From the NCBI GenBank assembly GCA_951406725.2, contig OX597820.1, forward strand, positions 114,886,001-114,950,000: a stretch of 64,000 bases of DNA, given 5' to 3'. Positions 1 through 12,200 of the stretch are shown here, piece after piece. The first letter of the stretch is position 1. Every line of letters begins with the position of its first letter. Below the pieces are notes generated by a model. It was not told where the DNA came from, made no database searches, and saw only the letters and a program-made list of their open reading frames with translations. Both the position numbers and the translations under genes were made by a program. The DNA is from Octopus vulgaris. Taxonomy: Eukaryota.

Positions 1-128
1 CCTCTCTTTTACAAAGCTACAGTTGTAAATTTTTTAGTAGGTATGTTTCTTTTGGTCGTAGTTTAAATAAAACATTAAGCTTCTAGTAACTAATTTTTAA
101 ATGTGTGACCTGCATTTGCAGTGATTAA

Positions 129-350
129 CCCTTTTGATACTAGCCCGGCTGAAACCGCCTCTGGCTCTGTAGTACAAATGTCTTGCTTTCATAAGTTTCG
201 AATGAAAATCTTCCACCAAACCTTAGTCACAATTTATGTTCTTAACACTTGCTTAATGATAACTAAGTTATTTTACTAAATTCTTTGTTATATTTTAAAT
301 TAATTGAAAGAAACCCAGGGCACCCCAAAATAAATATGGTAACAAAAGGG
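129..350. mobile_element. piggyBac-type MITE
   Basis: TTAA duplications at 125-128 and 351-354; termini CCCTTTTGATAC / GTAACAAAAGGG. Confidence 0.85.
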
Positions 351-2214
351 TTAAATCATGAACAAGTTTTAAAATCTGTTTGCTTGTTTTTGTCAGACCC
401 ACCCGAACATGGTCATTTTTAATTGTACTTAATGCATAGAATTATCAGAATGAAAAATATACAAGAAAAAGTTAAATAAAACAAAATCTGGGGTCTTTAT
501 ATATCAATGTATTCTCTTCATATCAAATTCAATATATAAAAAATATTACAGCATTCCCATTGAAAACATTGAGAAAAAGTTTATATTTATTTCCTTCGCA
601 GCAGAATAAGAGACAAATTTAAGATGGTTGTAAATGCTTGTAATTTGTCCAACACCATTGCAAACGAAAAAGAGGATTGAATTGATGCAAATTTTTTGTG
701 TTCTCAATGACATTTTGAAGCCCTAGGGGTACTACTGTGATATGTCTTTAGCATTTTTAGACTGAGTGCAACCAAAACACATTTCTTTCAGAAGAAAGAC
801 TGAAAGAGAAGAATTGAGCTCAGTACAGGACCTTGGTGAGATTTGAACTCCAAACAATTACAGCAACACAATCTATTCAATGTTCTTGCAACTCTGCCAA
901 CTGGCCACCTAATAGTTACAATTAGTATTATTGGTCAGAGCTTGAATGCTTTTACTGATAACAATTTGAAAAAGAACATTCCTGATTCCTAAAAAATGAG
1001 ATGGTCATGGTTGGAAAGCCACAGTTACATTGAAAATTCTTAGAGCATGCATATGACCCATATTTTCAAGTACAAAAATCAAAATGAAATCAATAAATAT
1101 TTGATTTGAAAATGTTGTACTTCAGACTGTGAAGACAAGAATATTTGAGAAAGTTAGCAATGCCATTGGTAGGATTTGAACTCAGAATGGAAAAGAATGT
1201 CTCTGAATACAAAAAATTATTTTCATCCATTACTCAACTAATTTTGCCACCTAAAAATGTTTTCAAACTTTGAATAAAATTTGTTCTTTTTTAAAGCAAA
1301 CTTTCTATAAATATGAGATGATATAAAACTTTCGATAGAGACTTTATGAAAAACTTAGAAGTCCTGTTCTCCATTTGTTTTATACAAAACTTCATGGACC
1401 CCTGGCTATGCTGTTTCATATTATAACAGGGAAAACTGGAAATAAAAAGTTAATTAAAAAAAAAAAAGCTTCATAAAAATTTTAATTTTACAAGATTATG
1501 ACTTAATTTTGATATTTTTCATTTCAAACCATTACAAGAATAACAGAACATGGAACTGTTAGTCTTGCAATAGCAACAAGATATGTCGTCATCATTCCAG
1601 TAGTTAGTAGTGGTGTTAGTAATAGTAGTAGCAGCAGCAACAACTCCAGTAGCTGTTACTGCTGCTACTGCCAATGAAATGTCAAACAAAAATTAACTGG
1701 AACAAACTTTACAGCAGAATCTTCGAGAATTTTCACATTCATTTAAGAGTAGATTTTTTTTTCCTTTTTTACCTAACTTTCTTAATATCTTCTAAGTATT
1801 ATATCTTTAGAAAAAAAGGTTTTCTGGTTTTCATATTTCAAACAAGAAGCTCAGAATTTACAAACAAAAATAATTCGTTTTTGAACCATGAACTGGTTAT
1901 AGTTTAGGGATTTATAGCTGCTGCTCTTTTTGAGGTGTGTCTGTTTATCAATATATATGAAAATACATTTTAGATATAAACGCATCCCATTTCTACTAGA
2001 AATATATTTATAAATATGTTTTGTATTTCTAATTGCATTTACATCCCTAATAAACTGAAAAGAATGTCTTCTTGACTATCAGAAAGTGAAAGTCAATACT
2101 AGATAATATTTTAATAATACAGCAACTGTTACCACACGAGATATCCGTGTTGATTATTCATGTGATTAACATATTAATACATTTAGAAAGACATGGATTA
2201 AGAGGGATTAATAT

Positions 2215-2389
2215 AAAGATCTTCACCTGTTAACAAAAAAAAAAAAAAAAACAGCCAGCTGGGTGTTAACAACTGTGTAGAAAACGAATATGACAAACAC
2301 AAATTGCGTAAACGAACCTGGGGGGATGGGGACTTTCAGAAAATTCACGGATCCGATTTTTACTGTCGTAACTTTAGGGAAAATGCATA

Positions 2390-2429
<40 letters not shown>

Positions 2430-3426
2430 TTTTTACGGAATCCCACGTTTTTGGTTATGGAGGATCCGATTCTAAAAAAAATTTTTTTAAATTGCATTTT
2501 CAAAATTTCAATACTCTCCCTCTTCATTTTTCAGCGGGATGGAGAGGGTGGGAAATTTGGGTCGGAATTTTTCATTAAAAAATCTGAAATTAAAATTTGA
2601 ATTTGTGTTTATTCTTTTTCATATTCTTAATCTCTGTATTTTCCCCACGTAGATTGATTGAAAAAAAAATTCGAAAAAGTTTAGAAATTCGGAAAAAGTT
2701 ATAAAAAAAAGAAGAAAAAAAACTCTTTAATTTCACGTGAATTAATTTGTCGTATTACTGCGGGAAATTACTGAAAAATATTTTGAAAATTTTTTTCAGA
2801 ATCAGATCCTCCATAACCAAAAATGTGGGATTCCTTAAAATATATGGCTGTGTGGTAAGTAGCTTGCTTACCAACCACATGTTTCCGGGTTCAGTCCCAC
2901 TGCGTGGCACCTTGGGCAAGTGTCTTCTACTATAGCCTCAGGCCGACCAAAGCCTTGTGAGTGGATTTGGTAGACGGAAACTGAAAGAAGCCTGTCGTAT
3001 ATATGTATGTGTGTGTGTGTATGTTTGTGTGTCTGTGTTTGTCCCCCCAACATTCCTTGATGTTAACACACCAACCGATGCTGGTGTGTTTATGTCCCCG
3101 TAACTTTGCGGTTCGGCAAAAGAGACCCGATAGAATAAATACTAGGCTTACAAAGAATAAGTCCTGGGGTCGATTTGCTCGACCAAAGGCGGTGCTCCAG
3201 CATGGCCACAGTCAAATGACTGAAACAAGTAAAAGAGTAAAGTATATCCATTTTCCCTAAAGTTATGACGGAAAAATCGGATCTTGTGGATTTCCCGAAA
3301 GTCCTCTCCCCACCCCCAGGTTTGTTTGCGCAAATTTTTTTTATCATATTCGTTTTCTACACAGTTGATAACACCCAGCAAGTTGGGGTTTTTTTTTTTT
3401 GTTTTTGTTAACGGGTGAAGATCTTT
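2215..3426. mobile_element. Foldback/long-TIR non-autonomous DNA element, interrupted by a SINE
   Basis: ~180-bp arms 2215-2392 and 3245-3426 are diverged reverse complements; inner arms 2437-2490 and 2780-2834 also invert. Confidence 0.8.
2843..3243 (+). mobile_element. tRNA-derived SINE (octopus OK-like family)
   Basis: A/B-box-like head GGCTGTGTGGTAAG..GGGTTCAGTCCC, (GT)n middle, AAGAGT-type tail; related copies at 30275-30618(+), 35884-36272(-), 51296-51880(-), 63385-63562(-). Confidence 0.85.
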
Positions 3427-4503
3427 GCGAAAAACACCCATAAACGAAAAATGCTCTTTTAATTTAAATGCATTTCAAAAACGTTTTCTTCGATAATAAA
3501 TGGACCCAGCAATGGAATTTTTCCAAAATCACCGAGTTCGGCTGGGGTTAATCACGATTGTAATGTTTTTTGCTGATACAATTTGAAAAAGAAATTTATT
3601 CCTTAAAGTCAAGATAGTCACGAGTGGATAGGCTACAGTTACATTAAAATTTCTTTGCGCAGAAACATTTTTCCCCCCTTACGTGGAAATTACCAGAAAT
3701 TTCTCGAAAGAAAAAGTGAAAACAAAAAGTTGAGCGAGGTTAAATTATACCCCCTCCTCTTGTTGCAAAATTGCAAATCATTATTGAAAACAAAGGAATC
3801 CAAAGAGATTATTGAAAATAAAAATAAAAGGATGAGGCGCGCCTGTCTAGACATTGCCGAATCGTGTGAATATTTCTGGAGAACAGTAAACCTCGGTGAG
3901 ATTTGAACTCAGAACATAAGACCAAACTAAACCGACAATCTAATATTTCCTGCTACTTCACCGACCTTCGCCACATTAATGAATTAGACCCAAGACTGAA
4001 AATAATAGCTTTTTGTTTTATTTTCACAAGACAATAGCCAAACTCCAACATCCTCCAATGGATTCTGTGTAAAGATATCGAACAAACTGAAATCCAAACC
4101 GGATTGCGGATCTCAATTCAACAAAATGCTTCGAAGGCAGTGAGAGCTTGAAAAGTATATTAAAGAGATGAGGTGCTGGAGTTACAAGGTTCTTTTAGTC
4201 ACCATTTGTTTGTGTTGCTATATGGTTGCACCTCCATCAAGGAAGTCCTCAAACTGTGAATGTCCTGTCCTCTCACGTCGTGGGTCATCATTGACCAACG
4301 CCTCCTCTTAAATTCATGTCAGCAATCTCTTATTTATTAATTTTCAACACAAATAAAATCTCCCTTCCAAACGTTCTTCAGATTTTATTAAATAAATCCG
4401 TGCTATGACTATATTTATCATCACAACCTCAGGGTTCCAATTATATATTTTTATATTATGACCGTTAGTAAGGAGAGACACAAATAAGAAAGAAGAAAGC
4501 AAA

Positions 4504-4548
4504 GGACCACTGATGAGGTCACAGAAGTGTGACGAAAGAAATCTGGCC
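4504..4548 (+). ncRNA. Degenerate minimal type-I hammerhead ribozyme (Penelope-type)
   Basis: GGACCA-CTGATGA-G-GTCACA(GAAG)TGTGAC-GAAA-GAA-ATC-TGGCC: both core boxes, 6-bp stem II, CCA/TGG stem I. One unpaired G at the stem II base. Confidence 0.55.
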
Positions 4549-4781
4549 GAAATAAGATTAAGATTAATGTAAAAAATAAATAACGCTGAAGCAAATTAAC
4601 ACCAAATATATAGTGCGTGTGTTTTTATTGGCTAAACTGGCAAAATGACCATTCCTAAATACAACATCTGATTCAACACACGATTTCACATCAAGAATCT
4701 TGCAAAACAAATATATAAACGTAATATTTCGTTTTGGGATTTGGTTTGCAAGATTCTTTATATGAGTTTGTGTGTTGAAGC

Positions 4782-4967
4782 ATATTCTGTTGTGTCTGGG
4801 GAGAATCATTTTCTTTTTGTGCCTTATTATTTAACTATTGAAAAGGTTGTAAGACGCAAGGAAAATTTTAGGACAATAAAAATAAGAAAAAAGTGGAAAT
4901 TTTACCGGTGAGTGTTAAATAATAAGGCACAAAAATAACATGACTCTCCCCAGGCATAACAGAATAA
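4782..4967. mobile_element. MITE-like inverted repeat
   Basis: TATTCTGTTGTGTCTGGGAGAATCAT..TTTTTGTGCCTTATTATTTAAC mirrored by GTTAAATAATAAGGCACAAAAA..ATGACTCTCCCAGGCATAACAGAATA. Confidence 0.75.
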
Positions 4968-5150
4968 ACATAATATATTATTACCGTTATTATTTAAATA
5001 CCTACTATACTACCTAATATACGAGTAGCTTTTTTCTAAGGGATGTTTATACTCTCACATACACATAGATATATTTATTTATGGCGGGGCAAAATGAACT
5101 TCCTACATTTTACAGGTTGACAAACTTTTCAACAGCAAATAGATAGTGTA

Positions 5151-5279
5151 TACAGTGTCCACAAAGTCTGGGTACATGGGGTAAATAAAATCATAACATA
5201 AACAATTAAATATAAGAAATAATAATTTCTTAAAGTATGTGTTAATTCCCATGTACCCAGACTTTGTGGACACCCTGTA
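5151..5279. mobile_element. Tc1/mariner-type MITE
   Basis: TA-CAG..GTGTCCACAAAGTCTGGGTACATGGG / CCCATGTACCCAGACTTTGTGGACACCCTG-TA terminal inverted repeats. Confidence 0.85.
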
Positions 5280-6697
5280 TATCAGTATGAAGCATGAGGT
5301 AGCAGAAAAAAACCTGTATAACTTTACTAGCTCCACTTAAATGGCCATGTAAAAAAACAATAAGAGGTTTTCCTGCCGCACGTAAACATAGAAACAAGCT
5401 AACAGTCACTCAGTTTTCAAATGAATTATTATTTTCCATTAGTGACAAATACTAAATTAGTTAATTACTGTTTTAGGTTATGCTTTGTACACATAAAACA
5501 CCACACCTAAGAATTCTTGAAACATTCGAATATTCCACAGGTGTTGTGTAAATAATTAATACCTTACTACTCAACGAGGGACCTGTGATTACATACGCTA
5601 AATCTGACTTAATTACCAGTTTATATATTTTATAAATTTCAGAATTTTTGTAAACATTCGGGATTGTAGCGTATAAGTTTGTAACGTTGGTCCTCCCGAG
5701 AGGTTTTTACGTGAAGACGAGGAAAGTAAATCGGAATAACATTTGGTACATTTTTGTTTAATATTATTTTTCCCCAGTTTTTTTTTTAAGTATGGTTTTA
5801 AGAATGTACTTTAAAAGTTCATGAGAGAAAAAGTACCAACGCAAATGTATTTGGGAGAGGTTTCCAAAAATTTGTTTAGAAAAGTAGAATCAACTTCCTC
5901 AAATGAAAGTGCTCGTATTCAAATAATTATAAATAAATTATATGCAATCAAAAATTATTAGATAGTTAAAGATACGACTCATGTTACAGTGAAAACGCTA
6001 AATATCTTACCTTTAAAAAAAAAGTTACTAAAATCATCCCATGTTTTTAAATGTATGAATACGAATTCTGAATAAAGTTTTTGAAGTTTTACACTTCCTT
6101 TTATACTGCGTATAATTAGGGACGTGGGGAAATCCCGGTGGCCAAATCGAGGTTACTTCAGTTAGATGTTATAATAATAAACCTGGAACAAAAATACGAT
6201 AGAAACCAATGTATAAATATATAAAGCGGGGCGAAGATTGATTAAGTCATCTTTCTCACTTGACAGATTCTTTTTATCTGAAAAAGAAAAAGGAGCCGGG
6301 GTGGATTTGAACTCGGACACAGATGTAACCGAAATACCGCCGCTCTAACAACTCGGCCAATCGACTGCGTTATCGGTGCTCGGTTCACTTAACCTTGAAA
6401 CTTTATGGTTATCGTCACTGTCCACAATTTTGTTCCAATTATTTTCAAATTTGGTGTGTGGATTAAGTTTTGTATACTAATTATGAAAATGAAGTTCAAT
6501 TTTCCTATAAATTCATCATTAAAATGTTATTAGCGTTTAAAATTTGGGTATTTTAGCCAATCAGAAGCGAGTATTTTATACATCACCGTGAAGTTTTGTT
6601 AGCATATTAAACGAAAGAGCACCGTGTTTTCCATAGCTGATTACGAAGAACGGTTTCTATAGTAACCAAAATTGCTGCATGCGCACAAGGAGTGTAA

Positions 6698-6875
6698 GGT
6701 ACTATTTGAGAACAGTGGTCCCGGTCGATCCTTACTTTGTGTAAAAAAATTATTTATTTTGTGTTTTATTTACTTTGCTAGGTTGTCGTTGTAGGATCGA
6801 CTAGTCACGACTAGCTGGCGCGGATACGCGACTACACGAGTGCGCGCACCGGGACCACTGTTCTCAAGTAATACC
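6698..6875 (+). mobile_element. CpG-rich MITE copy A (GGTAC..TTGAGAACAGTGGTCCCG TIRs)
   Basis: ~26-bp TIRs at both ends; interior is the reverse complement of copy B. Confidence 0.8.
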
Positions 6876-7056
6876 GAGTACCTGGGCATTTTTAAAGCGT
6901 GGAAAGAAACGTCGGTGTGGGACACACCGTTCCATGGGTGACTCTTATCTTTGTGAATGTATGTGGAGAAGGAGATACGAGAAAGAATTTATTTTATAAA
7001 CTCCTAGAGTGTATTGCAAACGTTCGTTCTTGAATTTTTTAACTAATAAATGTCTG

Positions 7057-7256
7057 GGTACTACTTGAGAACAGTGGTCCCGGTGCGCGCAGTCGCGCAT
7101 CCGCGCGAGCTAGTCGATCCTACAACGACTACCTAGCAAAGTAAATAAAACACAAAATAAATAATTTTTTTACACAAAGTAAGGATAGACTAGTCGTTAG
7201 TAGCTGGCACGAGTACGCGAGAGCGCGCATCGGGACCACTTTTCTCAAGTAGTACC
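7057..7256 (-). mobile_element. CpG-rich MITE copy B, inverted relative to copy A
   Basis: Same TIRs (GGTACTACTTGAGAACAGTGGTCCCG / CGGGACCACTTTTCTCAAGTAGTACC) and same interior in opposite orientation. Confidence 0.8.
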
Positions 7257-8619
7257 ATGCCGTGTCTGTACGTCGGGATGAGACAAAAAGTGTGTGCGTG
7301 CCGAAAAGGTTGCATGTGTGGGCTTCCATATATTCATCCATTTAGTTTCTGAGAAGGTCGCTGTCGAAATGCTGCATTTATGGACTCCCGTGGTCAGCGA
7401 ATTTTTTGTGCGTCGTTGTGCATTCAGCAACAGGTGGAATGTGAGTTGTGGTTTGACGAAAGTGGAGTGCATTTGTGGCACTTGAGTAGTTATCAGAAGC
7501 AGACTGTGGAATCTCGGCGAGGGAATGCCGGATCTGATCGTCAGTAGACCGCACGTAGTTAGTTTGAGACTGCACATCAAGTTGATAAGGGTCCATATTG
7601 GTGCTGACGAAGGCTCTCATTTTACTTTTTGTCTGGTATGACAACCGTTGGAGCGAAACAAAGGCTGTATTTCTTTAGGTCGGATCACCAAATGCATGTG
7701 ACGACGTAATGGAACATGTAGTATGAGAAAGAAAGTAATTCTTTTTGGCGTCGGAGTCTCAGCAAAATGTAGCGGCTAATTTAGCACCAGAAAGCAGTGA
7801 TTCCTTTTAGTTGGGGCAGCGAGTTCTTTTTAAGTCAGGGTTGTAGGGATATAGCTTGACCCTGCCTGAGATTTGAGACCAAATCTACCCGCTTGTTGCT
7901 TGTCAAAATAAGCGGGAAATCCTCTCCACACTAGACGATTGATGAGGAAACACTCGATGCCCTAGGACTGTGCTAGTCAAAGAAAGGTCAGTTTAGGGTT
8001 TGACCTACATTACTGACCAGTTTATAAAACAGAATTTCCTATCTCTTCCTCTTTTGTGTCAGCCAGACCAACGAGCAAGAAAGACGATGCCACCTTTATC
8101 CTTTCTTCCTTTCTAGTCAGCACCGTGCATTCCTTACTCTTTCACTCTCTACTGACAGACAGCCTTTTTCTACACTATCAACTACTAACCAGCGAGCCAA
8201 CCTTGTTGTCACTATCACTGGAATTACTATTATCTCCAACTATATGTCGGGCAAACGAATAAATATATGTAAATGATATTTCGGCAAGATTTCCTTTTGT
8301 ACCCCCAACCCCCTTTATTTTTATTTTTATTTTACCCACCATTTATTGTTTTTGGGTACGGAGATTACGAATCTGAAAAAGAAAATTGACAAAAATCGGC
8401 ATTTCAAAATTTCAATCCACCCCACCCACCCAATTTCTTCATTTTGACTTTTTTCAGAAATTTCTTTTCTCAAAATATGTAGGAAAATACAGAGATTATG
8501 ATTCTAAAAAGATATTCCAAAAATGTTTGTAAAATTTCAATTCAAAACAAAAGATCCCCCTTTCCCTCCCTTCCCAATCTACGGCATAAACACGAAGTTT
8601 TGAAACCGTTTTCGCCATT

Positions 8620-11600
8620 GCAACTCGACTGGATCGTCGGTCCAGCGTCCCACGACGGAGGCGCTGTTGAAAGGCATGGGCTTGCTTCTCCAGGTGACGA
8701 GCCGCAAGTCCACTGACTTTTCCCGGTTGATTTTCGCTCCTGTTACCGCTTCGTAGTCTTTCAGTATCTCGCCGACCAGCTCAATGTGTTCCTGGCTAGA
8801 CACTAGACGGTGACGCTCGTCCCGCATCCCACTTCTCGCAGGATGCCCCTCAGCATCGCCGGCTTCCGCAGTAGTGGCTCGAGAGTCAATATGTACAGAA
8901 GCGATGCCACTTTTAATCGCCTCTTCTAGCTTCTTAACTGGATCGCCCTCTACTCTGTTTCTATCTATAGCTAGTGCTTTGCTATATCTAATCGATTCTG
9001 CTTTTATTGCTCTCTTGGGGGAAAACCACCATTGTTGTTGATTATGGCTCCCATCAAAGCCCTAGCGTGCTAATTCGATCTCTGAAAACCTGTCTTGACA
9101 GGAAAGAGCCGTTCAATTTCCAGTAACCGGGACCCTGCCTATGTGCCTTATCTAAGTTTAGCGTACACGTCACAAGCTTGTGATCCGCTATCTCTATCTG
9201 CTGTTCTACACTGTATCCTATCTAGATACGATCTCGACGACCCGATGCAGTTGCTCCATGTCCACGTTGGCGCATTTGGGTGGTCGAGTCGGTACCTGTC
9301 ACACAGTTGAAAGTGTCTGAGCAGGTCTCTGAGGTATTTGCATTCCCGTCGATTTCTTTTTCTGCCCACGTAGTCTAGATGCGTGTCCAAGGTAGCATTT
9401 CAATCCTCCACTAAAAGTAAAGAACGAGACCTTCCTAGGAATACTTCTGGACGTCGAAAGAAATCCGGCCTCCTGATAGGATTCGAAAAGCTCATCCATT
9501 GCTGCCGTCGACATCCAGGACGACCATTCTACTCTCCGGGTCTACGAATATTGTCTTTACTTTGAGATCCAGACTCTTGCGGAAAACTACCGCCGTGCCA
9601 CTACCGCCCATTCTCGGCAGACAGGGAGAAAAATAAATGTTAAACTATCCGAAAAACATGGACTTTAGGGCCTATGGATTATGGAGTCTGGTCTCACTTA
9701 TGGCTATGATTTCTAATTTGTGTGATTTTATGTCATTGAAGAGGTACCTTGTTTCCAAGGGGACCCCAAGCCACGCGCATTCACACAATAAATCTTGATC
9801 ATAATCCTAGTGAATTAAAACACAAATGGAAGTGTAAGAATTAGCACTTCCTTCTCTAAGCCTAGATTCGAAATCGAATCCAAGAATCATCGGTCGTCCA
9901 AACCAATGCAATTAATCCCTTTTTAATCATGAAACAGTTTATGTATTTATTTACATACACACACATCCACTACAGAAGGAACACAGAGTTACTTAATGCT
10001 CAAAAGTTTTTGCTTTCTCCTCCTTCGGTTTGTCGTCGAGGAGATCCCAATAAAGTTTTTCCGAAAGGTATTTCTGGCATTCACCAATCGCACCGGGGTG
10101 CATGCCTTTTAGTGTGTGATGTAGGCTTGGTGAGACGTGTAGTATTTTGATGTGCTCCGGTAGTGTTGTGTGTAGATGGTTGTTTGTTTTTATGTCATCT
10201 TTTGTTAGCTTTGCTTTCGATTTGATGTATTCCATCAGCTCTGTGTTTTTAGTGTATATGGCTGTGAGCATGGTTGCTGTATATATTTTTGTGATGTTGG
10301 TGTTGCTGTTGTTTGTGTTAGGTTTTGAAATGTCTTCGGGAGTTGTATATCTCCCTACTTTGTTCGCGTTTGCATTTGGTTTGGTTCTTTTTTTTTTGGC
10401 TCCTTTTCTTCCTTCCTTTTCTGGCTATTTGCCATTCATCACTGCTTTCGTATTCCGACGAAATTTCTGAGGAATCAGAAGCAGGTAGGGGCATGTTGTA
10501 AGCTTCTATGTATGTTTATGTAAGTGGTTGTGTTGTTGTTTTCGTTGATGTTGGTTGATGACTGTTTGTGTGTGGTGTATGTGATGTAGGGGAAGGGGAA
10601 TCAGTTTTTGTATTGTATTTTGGTTCTTGTTTCTTTAGTTCTTGCTGTTGTTGTTGGTGTTTTTCCAGGTGCTGTTGTATGTTCATTCGTTGGTGTTGGT
10701 GGGTTTCTTTTGTCGTACTCCCTTTGCTTGTCTTCTGTGTTGATGGTGGTGTGGGTAGTAAGGGTTCTTTTTTCCTTTCACTTTTTCCATGTTGTGATTG
10801 TTATTCTTGTTCTTGTTTTTATTGTTTCTTCGCTGTTGGACAATCAGCTTTGAGGTGCTCTTCGCTGCCACACGAATAACAGCGAGGCCTCCTACCTTCT
10901 ACCTATACGTGTAGGTCATGGCCGTCTAGCAGCTCAATTTGGTGTGGGAAGCTATTGATTGAGTCCTGATCTATTTGCATTACCAGCTGAATCGTTTTTC
11001 CCGACCAATTTTGCAATCTCCAGGATGTTTGTGTTCTCCTCCATGTTGTAACAAATGGCGGACAACAGCCATTGTGACTCTACTTCCGGGGTAACATTTT
11101 TGATTGAGATTTTGGTCACACGTTGACCAAGGTACGTCGGAATCAAAATTAGTTTCTCAGACTGTAGGGTGAGTGTTGAGAGTTCTTTGGCTTTTTCTTC
11201 GCTGTTGAAGCGAACTTGTATTGTCGCATATCTCTTCCACCAGTACACATATGCCCATATCGGACGCAAACATTTTTCTATCCGTTCTTGTGGTGCTTGC
11301 TCTGGTTTGCGTGTTTACGCGTTAATGATTTTATACACGTTTGTTCTCTTTTGTGTGGTGTCTATCATATTTTGTGGGATGTTGAGGTGTAGATTCGAAC
11401 CTTCTTGAGTTAAGAGGGACTTTGTTTTATTTGTTCTGTTGTGAAGTGTAGTTTGGTCTTTTTTGTTTTAAGGCTTCCTCAAAATTTGATTTGTTTTTGT
11501 TGTTGTTGTCACTGGTGGTGTCGGTAGCAGAGGAGGTAGCAGTAGCAGCAGAAGTTGTTGTAGTAGTGGTGTTGGTGTTGACGGCAGAGTTGATGTCTTT

Positions 11601-12200
11601 GGTGGAGGTGATGGTGAATGGCCTTGCGGCATTAGTTTTGTTGTTGTTGTTGTTGTTGCTGGTTTGTTTGTTTGTTGAGCGAAGCGGTCTTCGTCCCAGA
11701 GCTCGCAAGCTGTAGTGGGAGAAGTCCGAAACGTGGTCCTTTGCTATTCGTAAGACCTGCAGAAGAGAAAGCAGGTCAACCCCCGACACCGATAGCATCG
11801 ACGGATGGATGGATGCGCATCCAGGCTCAGCGGTTGCGTAGGAAGTCGGGGACAAGAAACAGGAAGAAAGAGTGAGAGAAAGTTGGAGCGAAAGAGTACA
11901 ACAGGGGTCTCCACCACCCCCTGCCGGAGCCTCGTGGAGCTTTAGGTGTTTTCACTCAATAAACACACACAACGCCCGGTCTGGGAATCGAAACCGCGAT
12001 CCTCCGACCGCAAGTCCGCTGCCCTAACCATTGGGCCATTGCGCCTCCACGCTGTTGCTGGTGGTGGTGGCGATGGTGGTGACAGTGGCGTTCAAGCTGT
12101 CAGGGGTGTCCTATGGGACGACCTAGATGAGATGATGATTGATTGATTGTTATGGAATAATTTCCTGCTGAAGAACCTTCCAAGTGAGTAAAGGTGAATT
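8620..12200 (-). mobile_element. Decayed Tx1/L1-clade non-LTR retrotransposon (ORF1 with CCHC knuckle, ORF2 APE + partial RT); ends approximate
   Basis: ORF1: T/N-rich N-terminus, RVTKISIKNVTPEV, CYSCGSEEHLKADC knuckle (10881-10840). ORF2 starts at 9802: MIKIYCVNARGL..ISETRL, then DRYRLDHP..TW..SRSYLDRI (APE), LLYILTLEPLLR and YEAVTGAKINREKS (RT). Frameshifts, stops and deletions throughout. Confidence 0.88.
11664..12050 (-). mobile_element. tRNA-derived SINE (OR-like head) inserted into Tx1 ORF1
   Basis: Head GTGGAGGCGCAATGGCCCAATGGTTAGGGC..GGTTTCGATTCC, (AAAC)n tail, TSD TGTTGCTGGT at 11654-11663 and 12053-12062. Confidence 0.85.

Noticed and set aside
950-3655. Local duplication 950-1040 vs 3565-3655
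   Set aside because: Short and diverged, with a similar motif near 54440; most likely old dispersed-repeat remnants rather than a segmental duplication.
11980-12050. tRNA gene
   Set aside because: A/B boxes are present but no complete cloverleaf or acceptor stem; it is a SINE head repeated at 29500, 41550 and 42620.
11664-12062. Apparent Pol III (tRNA) promoter fused to the 5' end of the Tx1 LINE
   Set aside because: The tRNA-headed segment has its own (AAAC)n tail and a TGTTGCTGGT TSD, and LINE-like low-complexity sequence continues beyond 12062. It is a SINE inserted into ORF1.
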